From: Candidatus Latescibacterota bacterium
GTDB taxonomy: Bacteria > Latescibacterota > UBA2968 > UBA8231
DNA: 64,000 bases
NCBI GenBank assembly: GCA_965243025.1
Contig: CBDETY010000003.1
Span: 1,952,001-2,016,000 of the forward strand
Direction: 5' to 3'
The position numbers were made by a program, and so were the translations under genes. Below are positions 58,118 through 64,000 of this stretch, in pieces (position 1 is the first letter of the stretch; each line of letters begins with the position of its first letter). The notes beneath the pieces are model-generated. The model saw nothing but the letters and a program-made list of their open reading frames with translations. It was not told the DNA's origin and ran no database searches.

Positions 58118-59683
58118 CTACCAGATCAACAGCGTCTTGAGAAACCGGTCCGCCTGCCGCTCGTCGAGGCGGGCCTTTTTTCGCGCCTTCTTCACCAGGT
58201 CCTTGGTGGTGCTGACCTTCTCCCCGCGATACAGCTTGCTCCCCTCCGCGAGGATCTCCCCGAGCAGGCGCGCCGCCGCGGCCGGCTCGATCTCCGAAGC
58301 CGCGGCCGCGGCCTCCACCGCGGGGCGCAGCCGACCGCCCGGCTCTTCGATCTCCCGCCTGGCCCGGGCCGTCAACAGGCCGAGGAACATCCTCACCTTT
58401 GCCCGCTCGATGCGGATCGAGCGCGCCGGGTCGATGACGAACATGTCGGTGCGGCCGACGATGTCCTGCTGAACGAGCCTGGACAGGTGGCGCAGGATCT
58501 GGGTCACCACGGTGTCGGCGTCCGCGGCCGACATCCCCTCGGCGCGCTCTACCTCCCCTACCCAGGGGGGGATCTCGATCCCGGGCCCGCGCGCCAGGAC
58601 GCTGCGGTTTCTCGCCCCGAGGCGGCGCAGCGACTCCACCGATCCCGGGGGAACTGGGGGCTGCGCTCCTGCCTCCGGAGGTTCCCCGTTCTGCATGGCC
58701 GCTTCCCCGGCAGCCTTCCGGAGCCGGGCGCGCGTCGCCTGTGCGGCGGCCCGGGCTTCCCGGGCGGCTTCGGCGGCTGTCTCGGCCGCCGCGGCCAGGC
58801 TGTCCCGGCGCGCCTGCAGGCGGGCGATGCCGTCCCCGACCCGGGCCGACACCAGGCCGGACGGCGGCTCCGATACCGGGCGTTCCAGCGGCGACTCCGG
58901 CTCTTTGGGAGGCGGCGGGGGAGGCTTCAGGCCGGGGGGCTCCCCGGACAGGACGACCTGGTGGCGCCACCAGATCCACTTGGACACCTCCTTGCCGGAG
59001 GCTTCGAGGGCGATCTTCCCGTGCAGGGACTCGCGCGGACGGTCGCTGTCGGTCACCAGGAACATCGCGTCCAGCACCATCTCGGGGAACGGGTGGAGCC
59101 CGAGCCAGGACCACGGAATGGCCAGCTCGTAGGTGTAAACTCCCGGGCGCGCCCGGGAAGCGGCCCGGACGGGGATCCCGGCCGCCGGCTCGGTGCGCTG
59201 CCTTCCCCCCCAGGCGAAGGCCTTCCCCTCCCCCGGCAGGGGCGAGACCCAGATGTTCAACCCGGTGTCCTCCCCGGGGCCGCGCACGAAGACCTTGAGG
59301 TGATCGTAGAAGAACATGGCGTTCTTCTCGCTGCCGCTGGCGCGCACCTTGCGTCTTTCGGGAGGGACCTGGGCGGCGTCGAGGTGGTCGTCGGTGACGG
59401 CGACGGCGACGTAGAGGTTGGCGGCGTCCCAGCAGGTGCAGACGTCCGCCTCCTGCTCCGGCCAGCCTGAAAACACGCCGCGGTGCCCGACGCGGTCGGC
59501 AGCCGGGTCCAGGGCGATGCAGCCGGCGGGGCCCCATTCGTTGAGATCGCCGTCGACGGCGACGCTCCAGTCGACGGCGGCGACTGTCCGGGCGGCGTCC
59601 CCGGCAGCCGCCGGGATCTCCTCCCCGGCGCCGCGGACCAGGGCCGGGAGCAGGCAGAGGAACAGGGCGGGGGCCCGGGGCAC
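58118..59683 (-). CDS. Exported protein with CBM9/DOMON-like sugar-binding domain and helical C-terminus
   Basis: Signal-like N-terminus, VDGDLNEW, WDAANLYVAVAVTDD, YTYELAIPW and a Pro-rich linker. GTG overlaps the upstream TAG. Confidence 0.7.
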   Translation of the reverse strand: MPRAPALFLCLLPALVRGAGEEIPAAAGDAARTVAAVDWSVAVDGDLNEWGPAGCIALDPAADRVGHRGVFSGWPEQEADVCTCWDAANLYVAVAVTDDHLDAAQVPPERRKVRASGSEKNAMFFYDHLKVFVRGPGEDTGLNIWVSPLPGEGKAFAWGGRQRTEPAAGIPVRAASRARPGVYTYELAIPWSWLGLHPFPEMVLDAMFLVTDSDRPRESLHGKIALEASGKEVSKWIWWRHQVVLSGEPPGLKPPPPPPKEPESPLERPVSEPPSGLVSARVGDGIARLQARRDSLAAAAETAAEAAREARAAAQATRARLRKAAGEAAMQNGEPPEAGAQPPVPPGSVESLRRLGARNRSVLARGPGIEIPPWVGEVERAEGMSAADADTVVTQILRHLSRLVQQDIVGRTDMFVIDPARSIRIERAKVRMFLGLLTARARREIEEPGGRLRPAVEAAAAASEIEPAAAARLLGEILAEGSKLYRGEKVSTTKDLVKKARKKARLDERQADRFLKTLLIW

Positions 59684-60216
59684 TACCCGGTGCCGCCTTC
59701 CCGCATCCGCGATACCGCCCACTCCGCCTCGGCGTCCTCGACGGCGACGGCGTGGACTCCCCTGGAGAACTGCGACTGCAGGTAGTCGTACTGCTCCTGC
59801 ATCGCCGCGTCCGGGTACTCCCACCCGTGCAGGAAATGCACCCCATGGACGCCGGCCTGCAGCAGCTCCTTGGTGCACCCGAAGCAGGGTCGCATCGTCG
59901 AGTAGAGGACCGCCCCTTCGGTGGCGATGCCGAATCTCGCCGCGGCGAGCAGGGCGTTCTGCTCGGCGTGGACGCAGATGCACAGGTCGTAGCGGCTGCC
60001 GGACTGGTAGCGCTCGCGGTCGGCGCAGCGCTCGCAGCCGCCGTCGGTGCAGTTCGTCATGCTCGCCGGGGTGCCGTTGTACCCGGTCGAAATGATGCGG
60101 TCGTCGAGCACGAGAATCGCCCCGACGCGGTTGCCGAGGCAGTCGGCGCGGGAGCGCACCGACATGGCGATCCCCATGTAGTACTGGTCCCACCCGGGGC
60201 GTGAGTTCGGCTGCAT
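59683..60216 (-). CDS. dCMP deaminase (ComEB-like)
   Basis: RPGWDQYYM, VGA, TGYNG, HAEQNA and PCFGC. Confidence 0.92.
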   Translation of the reverse strand: MQPNSRPGWDQYYMGIAMSVRSRADCLGNRVGAILVLDDRIISTGYNGTPASMTNCTDGGCERCADRERYQSGSRYDLCICVHAEQNALLAAARFGIATEGAVLYSTMRPCFGCTKELLQAGVHGVHFLHGWEYPDAAMQEQYDYLQSQFSRGVHAVAVEDAEAEWAVSRMREGGTG

Positions 60217-60454
60217 TCGCCGGCCTTTCGATGCTGGTTCGTCCACCGTACCTTGAGGCCGCCCGGAACCGCCCGTTGCAACACCTGACGGGCTGTCAAG
60301 GGCCGTTTTGAAGATATGCGGTTGCCGGCGGGGGGCCTACCCTGCTCCCCGGCTGGGCGGGGGCGAGCCCGGAGGACTGAAACTCAGATCTGCAACGCCG
60401 CCGGATTCACGCTCAGGAACGCGCGCCCCGGGCAACCAGGACTGGAGATCGTAA

Positions 60455-61432
60455 ATGAACGTTCCCCCCACGGACGGGGTCACCGTCGACCCGGAGGCGC
60501 TGCGAACGCTGGTCGGCGGCATCTTCGGCGCCGTGCCGGTCCCGGAAGAGCACGCGGAGCTGTTCGCCCGGCTGCTCGTCGACACCGACCTGCGCGGGGT
60601 GGTCAGCCACGGGGTCCTCCAGGTCGAGCGCTACGTGCGCGGGTTTCAGGAGGGGACCATCAACCCGTTCCCGGAAATCGAGGTGCTGCGCGAAGGGCCG
60701 GCTGCGGCGGCCCTGTCCGGCGGCGGAGGCCTCGGCATCGCCGTTGCCGCCGAGGCGATGCGCATGGCGATCGCCAAGGCACGCGCCTGCGGGGCCGGGG
60801 TGGTCACCACCACCTTCCACGACCACATCGGGAGCGCCGGCAAGTACGTGCGCATGGCCCTGCGCGAGCACCTCGTCGGCATCGCCTTCTCCGGGCGCAG
60901 CAGCTCCCCCTCCTACCCGGCGGAGGCGAGCCCCCAGGGGACCATCCAGGGCAGCCCTCCCCTGGCCTTCGGGACGCCTGCCGACGCCGACCACCCCGAT
61001 TTCCTGCTCGACTTCTCCAGCGGCCTGCGCTGGCACGAGGAGATTTTCGCCCTCTACCCGGAGCTCTACTTTCGCGGGATCGGGCTGTCCCACGTGGCCA
61101 ACATCTTCAGCGGCACCCTCGGGGGACAGATGCTGCCCCGCTTCGACCGCCGCAACCTCGAGTTCACCGGAGCGAACCAGTCGGGGTTCTTCACCGCCAT
61201 CGACATCGGGCATTTCGTCCCGGTGGAGGCCTTCGAGAAGGACGTCGGACAGCTTATGGGAGCGGTTTCGCGGATGACGCCGTTTCCCGGGTACGACCAC
61301 GCCGACCTCCCGGGAGGGCCGGAATGGAGGCGGGAAAAGGCCTACTCGGCCGGGGTCCCGATCAGCAGACAGGCCGCCGACGCCCTTGAAACCCTGGCCG
61401 GGGAGTGCGGCCTGACCGTGCCCTGGCAGTAG
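60455..61432 (+). CDS. Ldh_2 family oxidoreductase (shortened variant)
   Basis: DLRGVVSHG, HIGSAG, LLDF and LPGGPE. Confidence 0.85.
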   Translation: MNVPPTDGVTVDPEALRTLVGGIFGAVPVPEEHAELFARLLVDTDLRGVVSHGVLQVERYVRGFQEGTINPFPEIEVLREGPAAAALSGGGGLGIAVAAEAMRMAIAKARACGAGVVTTTFHDHIGSAGKYVRMALREHLVGIAFSGRSSSPSYPAEASPQGTIQGSPPLAFGTPADADHPDFLLDFSSGLRWHEEIFALYPELYFRGIGLSHVANIFSGTLGGQMLPRFDRRNLEFTGANQSGFFTAIDIGHFVPVEAFEKDVGQLMGAVSRMTPFPGYDHADLPGGPEWRREKAYSAGVPISRQAADALETLAGECGLTVPWQ

Positions 61433-61571
61433 CCCCAGGGAAAACCACGATCGGCCACAAGGTGCCCCTGCCCATCATCATGTTCCGGTTCTGCCGCCGA
61501 TGCTCCCCTCGGCGGCCCAGTCCCGGCAACCTGTTTCAGGGGTCAGGTCACCAGCGCGAAGGAGGATACCC

Positions 61572-61706
61572 GTGAGCGGCAAAGAGAGATGGATCATGGC
61601 GGCCTTCGTCGCCGTCGGCGCCTTCTACCTGTTCGAGTGGAACGCCCTGTACCTGTACGCGGTGGCGGCCCTGATCTACGCCTTCACCCGCGCCAGGGGA
61701 CGGTAG
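61572..61706 (+). CDS. 44-aa membrane protein
   Basis: AAGGAGG RBS, GTG start, two short hydrophobic segments and host-like codon usage. Confidence 0.6.
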   Translation: MSGKERWIMAAFVAVGAFYLFEWNALYLYAVAALIYAFTRARGR

Positions 61707-61724
61707 TTTCCGGCGGCGGCGCGG

Positions 61725-62495
61725 TTACTGGTAGGACTCGGCGCGGTCGCCGCCGTTGACGTTGAAGTTCTGGCCGGTGACGTAGCTCGCCCCGTCCGAA
61801 CAGAGGAACAGGACCACCTCGGCGACCTCTCCGGCGCTGCCTGCCCGGCCCATCGGGATCGAGCGCAGGAACTGCTCCCTGACCTCGGGGTCCCGCCTCG
61901 CCAGGGCTCCCCGCCCCATGCCGGCGTCGATCATGCCGGGCGAGATCGAGTTGATGCGGATGCCGTTGAGCGCCTCCTCCTTGGACAGCACCTTCGTCAG
62001 GGCGACGAGCCCGGCCTTCGAGGTGCCGTAGGCGGCGCTCCCCCCGGGCAGGGTGTTGACGACGTTGGAGGAGATGTTGACGATGCAGCCCCCGCCCCCG
62101 GTCCGCATCTCCAGGATTCCGGCGCGGCACATGTAGAAGGCGCTGTGGAGGTTGGCATCGACAGCCCGATGCCACTGATCGAGCGAGATGTCGACCGCTT
62201 TGCCGCCGCCGACGGCGACCCCGGCGTTGTTGACGAGGATCTGCATCCCCCCCATGGCCGCGGCCACCTCCTGAACGAGACGGTTGCAGGCGTCCGGATC
62301 GACCAGGTCGGCCTGAAACAGCCGCGCCTCGCTTCCGGCCGCGGTCAGGCTCCCGGCGAGCTGTCGCGCCGGCTCCTCCCCGGTGTTGTAATGGACCGCT
62401 ATCCCGGCTCCGGCGCGGGCGAGCACGCGGCAGATCGCGCTGCCGATGCCGCCCGACGCCCCGGTGACCAGGGCGGTTTTTCCGTCGAGTCCCAT
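61725..62495 (-). CDS. SDR family oxidoreductase (FabG-like)
   Basis: TGASGGIG, VNNAG, NISS, YGTSK and NVNGG. Confidence 0.93.
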   Translation of the reverse strand: MGLDGKTALVTGASGGIGSAICRVLARAGAGIAVHYNTGEEPARQLAGSLTAAGSEARLFQADLVDPDACNRLVQEVAAAMGGMQILVNNAGVAVGGGKAVDISLDQWHRAVDANLHSAFYMCRAGILEMRTGGGGCIVNISSNVVNTLPGGSAAYGTSKAGLVALTKVLSKEEALNGIRINSISPGMIDAGMGRGALARRDPEVREQFLRSIPMGRAGSAGEVAEVVLFLCSDGASYVTGQNFNVNGGDRAESYQ

Positions 62496-62589
62496 ACAGT
62501 TGCCTTCCTGTGCGGTTGTTCGTGTCTTGTGGTGAACTTCCGCAGGGGAGGACGCCGAATCAAACTTCCCCCTCACGGGAAGCGACCGC

Positions 62590-63786
62590 ATGAAAACCGC
62601 CGCCCTTCTCCTGGTCCGGGGCGCCATCGCCGCGCTCGGAATCCTGCTGCTGGTCCTGCTGATCCCGGCCGCCCGCGACGCCTGTTGGGGACTGCTCTTC
62701 CTCGGCGACTTCGTCGCCGGAGAGCGGACCACCCTGTTCGACCGCCTCACCCCCGAACCCAGGATCAGCAGCAGCGAACTTGCCGCCGGCGAAGGCCGGC
62801 GCGTCCCCTTCGACTTCTACAGCCCGCGGCCGGTTGCCGACCTGGTCGCCGACGGGGAGCGTCTGCCGGCGTTCCTGGTGACCACCGGCCTCGCCCACGA
62901 GGGCTACCGCGACGCCCGGGTGGTCGCCATGGCCAGGCGGCTCGCCCGCGCCGGGTTCGCGGTGATGGCCCCCGACCTGCTGCAGATGAAGAACTACCGG
63001 CTCGGGTTCGAGGACATCGATGCGGTCGCGGCCAGCCTCGAGTTCCTGCTCGAATCCGCCCTCGTCGACGGCGAACGGGTCGGCGTGATCGCCCCGAGCT
63101 TCAGCGCCGGTCCGGTGCTGATGGCCCTGGGACGGCCGAACCTGCGCGGCAAGGTCCGCTTCGGCCTGATCTTCGGGAGCTACTACGACATGCGCCGCAC
63201 CCTGCGCTTCGCCCTGACCGGCTCCTACGACGCCCCCGGACTTCCCGCGGTGCGCGCCGCCCCGCGCAGCAAGCGCAACCGCTGGCGGCTCCTGCGCGGC
63301 AACCTCGACCTCGTGCCCGGCTCCCCGAACCGCGCCGACTTCGCCGCCTTCGTGGCCGCCCGCGCGCGCACCCCCTCCCACGACGACCCGGAACTGCGCG
63401 CCGGCTTCTCGGCGGAGGAACGCCTGATGCTGGAGTTCACCGCCAACACCGACCCGGCCCGCTTCGACTCGCTGTTCCCGCGCTTGCCGGAAGCCTTCCG
63501 AAGCTGGATCGACACCTTCTCCCTGCACCATCACACCGCAGGGGTAAGGACGCAGCTTCTGATCGCCCACAGCAGCGCCGACAAGGTCATCCCCTACCCG
63601 GAAAGCCTGGCGCTGGCCGCCGACCTGCCGAACGCGCCCCCGCCCGACGTATCGATCCTCGATCTCTTCACCCACGTCGACCTGGAGATCGACCGGACCT
63701 CGCTGCAGGCCCTCGCCGCCGACGTCATCCCGGGTCTGTTCGAGATCTGGGGGATCGGGACCGCACTCATGCGCCAGCGCAGGTAG
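62590..63786 (+). CDS. Membrane-anchored alpha/beta hydrolase-fold protein
   Basis: N-terminal TM, LARAGFAVMAPD, nucleophile-elbow-like APSFSAG, HSSADKVIP and FTH. Confidence 0.7.
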   Translation: MKTAALLLVRGAIAALGILLLVLLIPAARDACWGLLFLGDFVAGERTTLFDRLTPEPRISSSELAAGEGRRVPFDFYSPRPVADLVADGERLPAFLVTTGLAHEGYRDARVVAMARRLARAGFAVMAPDLLQMKNYRLGFEDIDAVAASLEFLLESALVDGERVGVIAPSFSAGPVLMALGRPNLRGKVRFGLIFGSYYDMRRTLRFALTGSYDAPGLPAVRAAPRSKRNRWRLLRGNLDLVPGSPNRADFAAFVAARARTPSHDDPELRAGFSAEERLMLEFTANTDPARFDSLFPRLPEAFRSWIDTFSLHHHTAGVRTQLLIAHSSADKVIPYPESLALAADLPNAPPPDVSILDLFTHVDLEIDRTSLQALAADVIPGLFEIWGIGTALMRQRR

Positions 63787-63796
63787 GAGGTTGTAT

Positions 63797-64000
63797 ATGA
63801 CTATGCCACAAACGGATACGCCCAGGTGGCCCACCCGTTTCCGGACCGGACCCGCCCTGCTCTGCGGGCTCTTCTTCGCCGCCGTCGCGCTGCTGCTGCG
63901 GCCGGCCCCGGGCGAGGCCTCGGGCGCCCACGAAACCAGCGGCTGGCGGCCGACCGCGGTGCCGCTGTGGAACTACAGCACCGACGACGGGACCGGGTAC
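63797..64000 (+). CDS. Exported protein, possibly Omp85/BamA-TamA family (runs off window end)
   Basis: AGGAGG RBS, signal peptide and PLWNYSTDDGTGY, resembling the first beta-strands of Omp85-like barrels. Confidence 0.5.
   Translation, partial: MTMPQTDTPRWPTRFRTGPALLCGLFFAAVALLLRPAPGEASGAHETSGWRPTAVPLWNYSTDDGTGY

Noticed and set aside
34409-63834. Many long overlapping ORFs (e.g. 41299-44412, 41645-44650, 55103-58033, 53302-55308, 49167-51239)
   Set aside because: Shadow frames of real genes in high-GC DNA. They are Arg/Pro/Gly-rich and have no motifs.
1-64000. CRISPR array, cas genes, tRNA or rRNA
   Set aside because: No regularly spaced repeat-spacer array, cas motifs or cloverleaf/rRNA signatures were seen.

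Overview
The window has two parts. (1) Positions 1 to ~34021 are a lower-GC accessory/defence island. It holds a frameshifted IS630, a decayed phage/ICE-like cluster of small minus-strand genes (radC/JAB, Cro-like HTH, Zn-finger minigenes, an IS1595 transposase) interleaved with plus-strand cargo (ankyrin repeats, a SWIB-DnaJ fusion, an exported DUF1524/excalibur nuclease), and an IS481 remnant. Its core is a complete DNA phosphorothioation locus: a pbeABCD-like operon (PLD-helicase, small protein, CxC SMC-like ATPase, small protein), a DUF262-DUF1524 (GmrSD/SspE-like) gene, and divergent dndA and dndBCDE. Further right are a GHKL-ATPase/DUF3883 gene, a PD-(D/E)XK-like orphan, and a second IS1595 transposase with a structured leader that occurs twice in the window. 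The island ends at an IS1595-type terminus (GGGAATTAT on the minus strand) that truncates a host gene. (2) Positions 34022-64000 are high-GC host chromosome: nadC, creatininase, Gfo/Idh/MocA, Eis-like GNAT, amidase, DUF72, a duplicated CPBP protease, epimerase, a broken PIN toxin-antitoxin islet, cupin, proS, M50 peptidase, thrS with a candidate attenuator, ggt, PfkB kinase, MOSC, acetolactate synthase, two Ldh_2 enzymes, a CBM9-like protein, dCMP deaminase, SDR, a hydrolase and the start of an Omp85-like gene. Best candidates for new biology: the Dnd + Pbe + SspE-like hybrid locus, the IS1595 leader RNA and possible large cargo transposon, and the SWIB-J fusion. All family calls are from motif recognition by eye, and GC statements are visual estimates.
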